Shown here: positions 11,824 through 23,235 of the stretch, piece by piece | Layout: the number at the start of each line of letters is the position of its first letter | Numbering within the stretch: the stretch's first letter is position 1 | From: Eledone cirrhosa | Taxonomy: Eukaryota | DNA: 64,000 nucleotides | NCBI GenBank assembly: GCA_964016885.1 | Contig: OZ024743.1 | Location: 77,066,001-77,130,000 of the forward strand | Reading direction: 5' to 3' | The notes under the pieces: generated by a model | The model's database searches: none | What the model was told of the DNA's origin: nothing | The model's input: only the letters and a program-made list of their open reading frames with translations | Position numbers and translations under genes: made by a program

Positions 11824-12845
11824 GTAAGTTGAATGTATTTCTATTTCTTGACACAGTGAAAAAGGTTGTGAAAATATCTTTCGAAATGATCAATAATCAA
11901 CTTTTTATGTATATAAAAGGCAGCCAGTCCACACTGTAAAGTGGTCATGTAGGTGCCACAATAGAAGGCACCCAGCCCATACTTTACAGTGTGGACTGGC
12001 TGCCTTTTTGCAATGACCCATCTGAGAGGTTAGCAGTTCTGGTCAAGTATGCTTCAGCTTGTTCCTGTGGGAAGTCGGGTCTTCTGTATTACTGTGTGAC
12101 ACCAGAGGTCACGGTCGTGTGTCTTCGCTCTTGTCATATGACACAATAGTTAGAGAGATAGAGATTGGTGAGCCAGACTAAGGCGTCATTTGTAGTATTA
12201 TGGATTGCCGCCAGGGAAAATGTCTGGTGGGGGCAATCCTGAACAACATGCAGTACTGTCAGGTCAGTTATAATAGGAAAGATAGATGGAAGAAGGCAAG
12301 ATGTGCTGAGCCAGTAATAGAGATGAAGGGCTGATCATGAACAGCCAAGGGGTCACTTATGATATCACTGTTTTGTATGGGTTGTTTGTTGTTTATAAAA
12401 TTGTAATAAAATCATGAGAGACTCATCATTTTATGTCATTTTTCTTTGCTGAATAATTTTCCAATTATGTGGTTTTGGGTTTTTCAAACCAATATCAGTT
12501 AAAATATATTGCAAACATTATTAACCTTTTCATTACCTTATTTCTAATGAAACACACTGCTTATGATTTTGAAAATAATAAAGAATTTGGAAGGATTTAA
12601 TGATATTAATTTTCTGGTTATTAAGTTGGTGTTTGGAAGATAACTTAACCCTTTCATGACAGCATTTCTAATGAAATACACTCTATTTTAATTAGTTAAT
12701 GAAGGATTTTGAGGGATTTACTAAAATTATTTTGTTACTAAGATAGTAATTTAATGTAAGGTTCGTATATAAAATTATGTTGGAAGATTTTAATTTAAAT
12801 TGGACATCTTTAAAATGGGTGGTTTTAAAGTGATTAATAAATAAT

Positions 12846-13031
12846 TGTTTCTACGTTAGGCACAAGGCCAGCAATAACCCAGTGCATTACTGGTACTTTA
12901 TTTTATCGACCCCGTAAGGATGAAAGGCAAAGTCAACCTCGGCGGGATTTGAACTCAGACCGTAAAGGGATGTAACTATGCTGGAAAGCATAGCGTCCGA
13001 CCCTCTACCGATACTGCCAATCCACCACCAA
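12846..13031 (-). mobile_element. Full-length tRNA-derived SINE (Deu/Nin-domain-like family) with 15-bp TSD
   Basis: B-box gagttcaaatcc and central gccgaggt.gactttgcctttcatcctt.cggggtcgataaaataaagtaccag. TSD tgattaataaataat at 12831-12845 and 13032-13046. Confidence 0.88.
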
Positions 13032-13156
13032 TGATTAATAAATAATACCTCTTAGAAGAGATGTTTGGTTGCATAAATTAGATTTTTAACTTAGTTCATA
13101 GAATAAAAAAGAAAAAAGTTAATTTTTGCTAATCTAAGTTGCATGATATTTTGTAG

Positions 13157-13394
13157 GTGAACACTGGTGGATCTTTTAATGTAATCAGGCTTGCTGTTGG
13201 TTTGATGGGTAAAAATGAACCAAATGCTGATGGCCAAAGAGGCATTGTTATAAATACAGCTAGTGTTGCTGCCTATGATGGGCAAATGGGCCAGGTTGCT
13301 TATTCAGCCAGCAAGTCAGCAATTGCTGGTATGACGTTACCTCTTGCAAGAGATCTTTCTTCTCAAGGAATTCGCTGTATGACTATTGCTCCAG
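13157..13394 (+). CDS. HSD17B10: HSD17B10 coding exon 4 (catalytic S...YxxxK)
   Basis: ttgtag|GTG AAC ACT...CCA G|gtaagt, 238 nt. [40 protein letters not shown]. Confidence 0.96.
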
Positions 13395-13654
13395 GTAAGT
13401 TATATATTATTATTATCTCACCTTTATAGTCAGGCTTTCATCGCCATTATCTATAGTGATCAACTGTTATTAGTTATTTTCTGCATTTGGGACTCTCACA
13501 TTAAATAAATTTTCCTATTTTTTGTTTAACTATATTTTTCTAAGATTCCTTATCTTACCCCAGAATATTTTTGTGGAGTCTTTTTCTTCCTTTAAGTTTC
13601 ACATATATTTCTTTCTTTCTTTTTCTATAATTCTGATTTGTTTTGTTTTTTTAG

Positions 13655-13845
13655 GTCTTTTTGATACTCCTTTGTTGGCATCACTGCCTGAGAAAGTGAG
13701 GAAATATTTAGCATCTACTGTACCATTTCCTAGCAGACTTGGTGATCCTGATGAATATGCTCAGCTCGTACAGTCAATTATTGAAAATCCAATGTTGAAT
13801 GGAGAAGTAATACGTATTGATGGATCTCTACGAATGATGCCTTGA
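13655..13845 (+). CDS. HSD17B10: HSD17B10 coding exon 5 (last, TGA stop)
   Basis: Polypyrimidine tract and ttag|GT CTT TTT GAT, 191 nt. [51 protein letters not shown]. The five exons sum to 783 nt, i.e. 260 aa plus stop. Confidence 0.96.
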
Positions 13846-14279
13846 ATGTTTTAGTTGTCAAGATCCCACTTCACAAATATAGTTGTTTGACCAGGAAGAA
13901 AACATCCTTGACAATGTTTCCTTCATTCATGTTTAGCTTAATTACGAGTTAAAATCAGTTTAAATTATTTTGAAATAGAAGTGGTTGATTTTTTTTTCCC
14001 CCCTGTTGATTAAAAACTTTCAAAAAATGTAAAACTAAAATACAGAGGTGGGAGGTGATTAAGTTGTTACTAGTGACTGGAACTTTAGATAACAACTTTC
14101 TAATCTGCCGTGCACATCTATGCAAGCATGCATATAAACACACCGACAACACACATTCGGGTTAACTATATACAATATTTCCTTCCTTTATTTAGATCAA
14201 CTGAAGATTTATTTTTTAATTATTCTTTACAATGTTAAAACAACTATTCCACACTCCAATATTATTTACAATGTATTCA

Positions 14280-14285
14280 AATAAA
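14280..14285 (+). terminator. Candidate polyadenylation signal for HSD17B10 (a second lies at 14351-14356)
   Basis: AATAAA about 435 nt after the stop, followed by GT/T-rich sequence. Confidence 0.5.
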
Positions 14286-14644
14286 GAATTTATATTAATA
14301 GTTAGGGGTTTGCTTTTTAATTAGTATTAATTTGAAAGTGATCACTGCCAAATAAAATATAAGTTAATAGGTTAATCTTATTGATTATAATTTTCTGAAT
14401 TAACCCCATCTTCAGAGTGTATGGTTACAATATTTGAAACTACTACAGTTTGATCTTGCTCGTTGACAGATAATCCTGGGTAAAGGTTTCTAGTTTAAAT
14501 CCAGTCTGCTGTTAATGTAACACCCAGGAATAATAAGATCTCTGCTGACAATCAAAGAACAAACCAAATATAGTATAGATATATTCTAAATACAATGTAC
14601 GAAACTGAATTGTTGGGTTTTTTAAGTGCTGAAAATATATATAT

Positions 14645-14882
14645 ATATATAAGTATAAAGAAAATGCTCAAGTGCAGAAATGCTATAAAGATATCTTATA
14701 AAATAGGGTGAAGAACCTTAAAAGACAGCAAAAGAGGTTGCCACCAGCTGCTATGAGGGATTGAACCCCATATCTTCCAGATACCAGCAGCCGATGGCAA
14801 CTTTTTTTCCATCTTATAACCTATTTTATAAGTTAACTTTATAACATTTCTGCATTTGAGCACTTTCTTCATACTTATATAT
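14645..14882. mobile_element. Palindromic MITE-like fold-back element
   Basis: tatataagtataaagaaaatgctcaagtgcagaaatgctataaag..cttataaaatagg pairs imperfectly with cctattttataag..ctttataacatttctgcatttgagcactttcttcatacttatata. Confidence 0.75.
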
Positions 14883-15764
14883 TTTAAATATACATTCTAG
14901 ATATGAATTTAACTGTCTGAAAAATGAAAACTTTATTAACATCAAAGATTTCTGACTGGTTGTGATACTCAGCTAAATTCAGTTTACTTACATTCTAATA
15001 TTTATGATAAAGACATAAATATCACTTAAACTTGTTCACTTTCCCTATGAATTTGTGGCTTAATGTCCAAATAAGGCTCTTCTTTTTAGCCCACTTATTC
15101 CTGAGAGAGGCGTGGGGGCAGAGTCCTCAAACACTCCTTCAAGCAGGTCCTGTCAGAGGAAACTGTCTCCAAATAGTCCGGCTGGATCCCCAAGCTTGAC
15201 CAGCTGAGCTCATGGATGTTATCCAACCATCTTGCTCGGGGTCTACTTAACTACATTCATTTCTTTTTATTCCAATGTCTGCTGAATATGTGTGTCTGTA
15301 AAACAGACACACATATAAACAATATGTGTGTCTGTTTTACATATACTGCAAATCATTCTATACTGAAGCTGAATTGTGTTCTAAATGTTTTTCATGTATT
15401 CTTTGCATGCGACACCTATAAGACAAACTGACCAGATGGTTTTTTGATTTGGAAGTTTAAAATATCAAAGGATTGAATCATGGTAATCCTCGTCATTTTG
15501 CACAATCTACGATCTAACAGCAATAAAAACATTTCTCTGGCAATGGCAGCATTAAAAAATGTAACAAATGGCAACAATATTTCTTTTAGTTCAGTTAAAT
15601 ATTAAAACTTCTAAAAGGGATTAGAATACTTTTGACTTGTGGCTGATTTCTTGATATTAGTCAATATATATATATATGTTACCGGCAGACAATAAAAGGA
15701 AAGTTTATATTTTTGTTTAAATTCATCATTGTTAATTTACTATTTCTGTATATATCTAAAAGTC

Positions 15765-16025
15765 TGTCTCGAGCTCGCAGGCTCATCAGCCTGGTGCTTA
15801 TTCTAGATTCCATGGTGTAAAGTGACTGAGTGTATAAGACTTCCCCCTGGACAGGACACTAGTCCATCGTAGGGTTAAAACCCCAGCTATTGATGGTACT
15901 CATTTACAGCTGGAGCAATGTGAAATGAAGTGTTTTGCTCAAGAACACAACATGCAACCCAGCCCAGGAATCGAACCTACAACATTATGATCGTAAGTCC
16001 AACACCCTTACCACTAGGCCACTCA
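15765..16025 (-). mobile_element. tRNA-derived SINE with CORE-like and V-domain-like segments
   Basis: Minus strand has A-box tggcctagtgg, B-box ggttcgattcc, then gtgttgttcttgagcaaaacac and ccctacgatggactagtgtcctgtccagggg. Confidence 0.75.
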
Positions 16026-16132
16026 CATGCACTTTCTGTGTATATATATATATAGAGAAAAGTTTGCAACATGTGGAGAGGGCCGTGCTGAGAACAACCC
16101 ATGCAAAAGTGGATGTAAAAACAATGACGACG

Positions 16133-17392
16133 ATGACTGGTATTTGTGTTATACTAATGCTGGATGACTCTAGCTAGGATTGGTGAAACTCAGGAACTAG
16201 TCAACCAAAATATATAATGACTGGTATTTGTGTTTTACTAATGCTGGATGACTCTAGCTAGGATTGGTGAAACTCAGGAACTAGTCAACCAAAATATATA
16301 ATGACTGGTATTTGTGTTTTACTAATGCTGGATGACTCTAGCTAGGATTGGTGAAACTCAGGAACTAGTCAACCAAAATATATAATGACTGGTATTTGTG
16401 TTTTACTAATGCTGGATGACTCTAGCTAGGATTGGTGAAACTCAGGAACTAGTCAACCAAAATATATAATGACTGGTATTTGTGTTTTACTAATGCTGGA
16501 TGACTCTAGCTAGGATTGGTGAAACTCAGGAACTAGTCAACCAAAATATATAATGACTGGTATTTGTGTTTTACTAATGCTGGATGACTTTAGCTAGGAT
16601 TGGTGAAACTCAGGAACTAGTCAACCAAAATATATAATGACTGGTATTTGTGTTTTACTAATGCTGGATGACTCTAGCTAGGATTGGTGAAACTCAGGAA
16701 CTAGTCAACCAAAATATATAATGACTGGTATTTGTGTTTTACTAATGCTGGATGACTCTAGCTAGGATTGGTGAAACTCAGGAACTAGTCAACCAAAATA
16801 TATAATGACTGGTATTTGTGTTTTACTAATGCTGGATGACTCTAGCTAGGATTGGTGAAACTCAAGAACTAGTCAACCAAAATATATAATGACTGGTATT
16901 TGTGTTTTACTAATGCTGGATGACTCTAGCTAGGATTGGTGAAACTCAGGAACTAGTCAACCAAAATATATAATGACTGGTATTTGTGTTTTACTAATGC
17001 TGGATGACTCTAGCTAGGATTGGTGAAACTCAGGAACTAGTCAACCAAAATATATAATGACTGGTATTTGTGTTTTACTAATGCTGGATGACTCTAGCTA
17101 GGATTGGTGAAACTCAAGAACTAGTCAACCAAAATATATAATGACTGGTATTTGTGTTTTACTAATGCTGGATGACTCTAGCTAGGATTGGTGAAACTCA
17201 GGAACTAGTCAACCAAAATATATAATGACTGGTATTTGTGTTTTACTAATGCTGGATGACTCTAGCTAGGATTGGTGAAACTCAGGAACTAGTCAACCAA
17301 AATATATAATGACTGGTATTTGTGTTTTACTAATGCTGGATGACTCTAGCTAGGATTGGTGAAACTCAGGAACTAGTCAACCAAAATATATA
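16133..17392. repeat. 84-bp tandem repeat, 15 near-identical copies
   Basis: Unit atgactggtatttgtgttttactaatgctggatgactctagctaggattggtgaaactcaggaactagtcaaccaaaatatata. Only a handful of substitutions in the array. Confidence 0.97.
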
Positions 17393-17572
17393 ATTGTTTC
17401 TACTTTTGGCACAAGGCCAGCAACTATCCCAGTGTATTACTGGTACTTTATTTTATTGACCCCTTAAGGATGAAAGGCAAAATTAACCTCGGCGGGTTTT
17501 GAACTCGGGACGTAACTGTGCTGCAAAGCATGGCGTCCGACCCTCCACCGATACTGCCAATCCTCCACCTTA
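17393..17572 (-). mobile_element. tRNA-derived SINE (Deu/Nin-like family) sandwiched between two tandem arrays
   Basis: Same family as 12846-13031, with the B-box at about 17494-17508 on the minus strand. Confidence 0.88.
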
Positions 17573-20500
17573 TCTGTCACACTAACCACTCTGCCAACCC
17601 TCCACCTTACCTGTTCTAACCACTCTGCCAACCCTCCGCCTTACCTGTTCTAACCACTCTACCAACCCTCCACCTTATCTGTTATAACCACTCTGCCAAC
17701 CCTCCACCTTATCTGTTCTAACCACTCTGCCAACCCTCCACCTTACCTGTTCTAACCACTCTGCCAACCCTCCACCTTACCTGTTCTAACCACTCTACCA
17801 ACCCTCCACCTTATCTGTTCTAACCACTCTGCCAACCCTCCACCTTACCTGTTCTAACCACTCTACCAACCCTCCACCTTATCTGTTATAACCACTCTGC
17901 CAACCCTCCACCTTACCTGTTCTAACCACTCTGCCAACCCTCCACCTTACCTGTTCTAACCACTCTGCCAACCCTCCACCTTACCTGTTCTAACCACTCT
18001 GCCAACCCTCCACCTTACCTGTTCTAACCACTCTGCCAACCCTCCACCTTACCTGTTCTAACCACTCTGCCAATCCTCCACCTTATCTGTTCTAACCACT
18101 CTGCCAATCCTCCACCTTATCCGTCACACTAACGACTCTGCCAACCCTCCACCTTATCTGTTCTAACCACTCTGCCAATCCTCCACCTTATCTGTCACAC
18201 TAACGACTCTGCCAACCCTCCACCTTATCTGTTATAACCACTCTGCCAACCCTCCACCTTATCTGTTCTAACCACTCTGCCAACCCTCCACCTTACCTGT
18301 TCTAACCACTCTGCCAACCCTCCACCTTACCTGTTCTAACCACTCTGCCAACCCTCCACCTTACCTGTTCTAACCACTCTACCAACCCTCCACCTTATCT
18401 GTTCTAACCACTCTGCCAATCCTCCACCTTATCTGTTCTAACCACTCTGCCAATCCTCCACCTTATCCGTCACACTAACCACTCTGCCAATCCTCCACCT
18501 TATCTGTTCTAACCACTCTGCCAATCCTCCACCTTATCCGTCACACTAACGACTCTGCCAACCCTCCACCTTATCTGTTCTAACCACTCTGCCAATCCTC
18601 CACCTTATCTGTCACACTAACGACTCTGCCAACCCTCCACCTTATCTGTTCTAACCACTCTGCCAATCCTCCACCTTATCTGTCACACTAACGACTCTGC
18701 CAACCCTCCACCTTATCTGTTCTAACCACTCTGCCAATCCTCCACCTTATCTGTTCTAACCACTCTGCCAATCCTCCACCTTATCTGTTCTAACCACTCT
18801 GCCAACCCTCCACCTTATCTGTCACACTAACCACTCTGCCAATCCTCCACCTTATCTGTTCTAACCACTCTGCCAATCCTCCACCTTATCTGTCACACTA
18901 ACCACTCTGCCAACCCTCCACCTTATCTGTTCTAACCACTCTGCCAATCCTCCACCTTATCTGTTCTAACCACTCTGCCAATCCTCCACCTTATCTGTTC
19001 TAACCACTCTGCCAATCCTCCACCTTATCTGTCACACTAACCACTCTGCCAACCCTCCACCTTATCTGTTCTAACCACTCTGCCAATCCTCCACCTTATC
19101 TGTTCTAACCACTCTGCCAATCCTCCACCTTATCTGTCACACTAACGACTCTGCCAACCCTCCACCTTACCTGTTCTAACCACTCTGCCAACCCTCCACC
19201 TTACCTGTTCTAACCACTCTGCCAACCCTCCACCTTATCTGTTCTAACCACTCTGCCAATCCTCCACCTTATCCGTCACACTAACGACTCTGCCAACCCT
19301 CCACCTTATCTGTTCTAACCACTCTGCCAATCCTCCACCTTATCTGTCACACTAACGACTCTGCCAACCCTCCACCTTACCTGTTCTAACCACTCTGCCA
19401 ACCCTCCACCTTATCTGTTCTAACCACTCTGCCAATCCTCCACCTTATCTGTCACACTAACGACTCTGCCAACCCTCCACCTTACCTGTTCTAACCACTC
19501 TGCCAACCCTCCACCTTATCTGTTCTAACCACTCTGCCAATCCTCCACCTTATCTGTCACACTAACCACTCTACCAACCCTCCACCTTATCTGTTCTAAC
19601 CACTCTGCCAATCCTCCACCTTATCCGTCACACTAACGACTCTGCCAACCCTCCACCTTATCTGTTCTAACCACTCTGCCAATCCTCCACCTTATCTGTC
19701 ACACTAACCACTCTGCCAACCCTCCACCTTATCTGTTCTAACCACTCTGCCAATCCTCCACCTTATCTGTCACACTAACCACTCTACCAACCCTCCACCT
19801 TATCTGTTCTAACCACTCTGCCAATCCTCCACCTTATCCGTCACACTAACGACTCTGCCAATCCTCCACCTTATCTGTTCTAACCACTCTGCCAATCCTC
19901 CACCTTATCTGTCACACTAACCACTCTGCCAACCCTCCACCTTATCTGTTCTAACCACTCTGCCAATCCTCCACCTTATCTGTTCTAACCACTCTGCCAA
20001 TCCTCCACCTTATCTGTCACACTAACGACTCTGCCAACCCTCCACCTTATCTGTTCTAACCACTCTGCCAATCCTCCACCTTATCTGTCACACTAACCAC
20101 TCTACCAACCCTCCACCTTATCTGTTCTAACCACTCTGCCAATCCTCCACCTTATCTGTTCTAACCACTCTGCCAATCCTCCACCTTATCTGTCACACTA
20201 ACCACTCTGCCAACCCTCCACCTTATCTGTTCTAACCACTCTGCCAATCCTCCACCTTATCTGTTCTAACCACTCTGCCAATCCTCCACCTTATCTGTCA
20301 CACTAACGACTCTGCCAACCCTCCACCTTATCTGTTATAACCACTCTGCCAATCCTTCACCTTATCTGTCACACTAACGACTCTGCCAATCCTCCACCTT
20401 ATCTGTTATAACCACTCTGCCAATCCTCCACCTTATCTGTCACACTAACCACTCTGCCAATCCTCCACCTTATCTGTTCTAACCACTCTGCCAATCCTCC

Positions 20501-22350
20501 ACCTTATCTGTTCTAACCACTCTGCCAATCCTCCACCTTATCTGTCACACTAACAACTCTGCCAATCCTCCACCTTATCTGTTATAACCACTCTGCCAAT
20601 CCTCCACCTTATCTGTCACACTAACGACTCTGCCAATCCTCCACCTTATCTGTTATAACCACTCTGCCAATCCTCCACCTTATCTGTCACACTAACCACT
20701 CTGCCAATCCTCCACCTTATCTGTCACACTAACCACTCTGCCAATCCTCCACCTTATCTGTCACACTAACAACTCTGCCAATCCTCCACCTTATCTGTTA
20801 TAACCACTCTGCCAATCCTCCACCTTATCTGTCACACTAACGACTCTGCCAATCCTCCACCTTATCTGTTATAACCACTCTGCCAATCCTCCACCTTATC
20901 TGTCACACTAACCACTCTGCCAATCCTCCACCTTATCTGTTCTAACCACTCTGCCAATCCTCCACCTTATCTGTTATAACCACTCTGCCAATCCTCCACC
21001 TTATCTGTCACACTAACGACTCTGCCAATCCTCCACCTTATCTGTTATAACCACTCTGCCAACCCTCCACCTTATCTGTTGTTTTAACCACTCTGCCAAT
21101 CCTCCACCTTATCTGTTGTTCTAACCACTCTGCCAATCCTCCACCTTATCTGTTGTTCTAACCACTCTGCCAATCCTCCACCTTATCTGTTGTTCTAACC
21201 ACTCTGCCAATCCTCCACCTTATCTGTTGTTCTAACCACTCTGCCAACCCTCCACCTTATCTGTTGTTTTAACCACTCTGCCAACCCTCCACCTTATCTG
21301 TTGTTCTAACCACTCTGCCAATCCTCCACCTTATCTGTTGTTCTAACCACTCTGCCAATCCTCCACCTTATCTGTTGTTCTAACCACTCTGCCAACCCTC
21401 CACCTTATCCGTCACACTAACCACTCTGCCAATCCTCCACCTTATCTGTTCTAACCACTCTGCCAATCCTCCACCTTATCCGTCACACTAACCACTCTGC
21501 CAATCCTCCACCTTATCTGTTCTAACCACTCTGCCAACCCTCCACCTTATCTGTCACACTAACCACTCTGCCAATCCTCCACCTTATCTGTTCTAACCAC
21601 TCTGCCAATCCTCCACCTTATCTGTTCTAACCACTCTGCCAATCCTCCACCTTATCTGTTCTAACCACTCTGCCAATCCTCCACCTTATCTGTTCTAACC
21701 ACTCTGCCAATCCTCCACCTTATCTGTTGTTCTAACCACTCTGCCAATCCTCCACCTTATCTGTTGTTCTAACCACTCTGCCAATCCTCCACCTTATCTG
21801 TTGTTCTAACCACTCTGCCAATCCTCCACCTTATCTGTTGTTCTAACCACTCTGCCAATCCTCCACCTTATCTGTTGTTCTAACCACTCTGCCAATCCTC
21901 CACCTTATCTGTTGTTCTAACCACTCTGCCAATCCTCCACCTTATCTGTTGTTCTAACCACTCTGCCAATCCTCCACCTTATCCGTCACACTAACCACTC
22001 TGCCAATCCTCCACCTTATCTGTTGTTCTAACCACTCTGCCAATCCTCCACCTTATCTGTTGTTCTAACCACTCTGCCAATCCTCCACCTTATCTGTTGT
22101 TCTAACCACTCTGCCAATCCTCCACCTTATCTGTTGTTCTAACCACTCTGCCAATCCTCCACCTTATCCGTCACACTAACCACTCTGCCAATCCTCCACC
22201 TTATCTGTTCTAACCACTCTGCCAATCCTCCACCTTATCTGTTCTAACCACTCTGCCAATCCTCCACCTTATCCGTCACACTAACCACTCTGCCAATCCT
22301 CCACCTTATCTGTCACACTAACCACTCTGCCAATCCTCCACCTTATCTAT
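17555..22350. repeat. 34/37-bp minisatellite, about 135 copies
   Basis: Unit ctaaccactctgccaa(t/c)cctccacctta(t/c)ctgtt, with 37-bp variants ending tgtcaca or tgttgtt. Confidence 0.97.
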
Positions 22351-22839
22351 CGTTCTGTCATTCCACCTTTGTCGTTCCACCTCTTACAATAAAAAATGGT
22401 GGCACATGGAATTGCCATTTTGTTCCTATTTATGATTAAATTGCTTTTAATTTCAGTGGATCATTAAAATATCTGTCAAATGCTTTGTGGACCGTACTAA
22501 GAATTTCTTAGAGCAACCACCTCAGAAATGAAGACCTGGCTAAGGACAGTGATTGTCATATAAGACAGGTTGAATGAGTTGGGGTGTATAACCCAATGAA
22601 ACTTAAGTACATGTTGTCACTGTTGTAACTAATTATACTTAACTTGTCCTATGGACTGAGTGCTCTTACACTTGGATATTTCTACCAAGTTTGTACTACA
22701 GCGTGAATCTAATATAACTGTAAAATTGTCTCCTGTGTTTTGTTTGTTTCATTTATTAACTATATCATCATCATCATCATCATTTTACGTCCGCTTTTCC
22801 CTGCTTGCAAGGGTGGGACGGGTCTTATGTATATATATA

Positions 22840-23235
22840 AATTCTGGCTATGGAAACAGCAGTTGGAATCAAGAGGCCTGAGAGTGAACATAGCTAAAAC
22901 AAAAGTGTTGATAAGTAGAAGAGAGGACAATACTCTGATTCCATCAGGGAAATGGCCATGTTCGATATGTAGGAAAGGAACTGGCCTAAATTCCATAAAA
23001 TATACACAATGCAGATCTTGGGTACACAAGAGATGTAGTGGGATAGCAGGCAAACGGGTAGGGAAAACTATGTATGCAGTAGATGTACAGGGAAAGTTGG
23101 CAGTATTAATCGCAGTGATAGACATATTTTTCCAATGCAGGTGGGTTCTATAGAAGTGGTTGATAGCTTCCGGTACCTAGGTGATCAGATTAGCGTGGAA
23201 GAGGGATGTTCCGAGGCCATAGTATCTAAAATAAG
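22840..23235 (+). mobile_element. RTE-clade LINE internal fragment with a Cys-rich (PHD-like) insert
   Basis: WKQQLESRGLRVNIAKTKVL..GKWPCSICRKG.G.NSI..TQCRSWVHKRCSG..EVVDSFRYLGD. Confidence 0.85.

Noticed and set aside
15940-16025. tRNA genes here and at other GTTCRA-containing sites (e.g. 2070-2095, 43540-43620)
   Set aside because: These look like tRNA-derived SINE heads. No intact acceptor stem was seen, and at least the 15940 and 43540 copies continue into SINE bodies.
16133-17392. CRISPR-like array or tandem snoRNA/SL-RNA genes
   Set aside because: The units are head-to-tail with no unique spacers, there are no cas genes, and the context is eukaryotic. No C/D box pair or Sm-site architecture was recognised.
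17555-22350. CRISPR array (34-37 bp periodicity) or tRNA gene cluster
   Set aside because: There are no spacers, only a few recurring 3-7 nt variants. The units contain an A-box only, with no cloverleaf or B-box.
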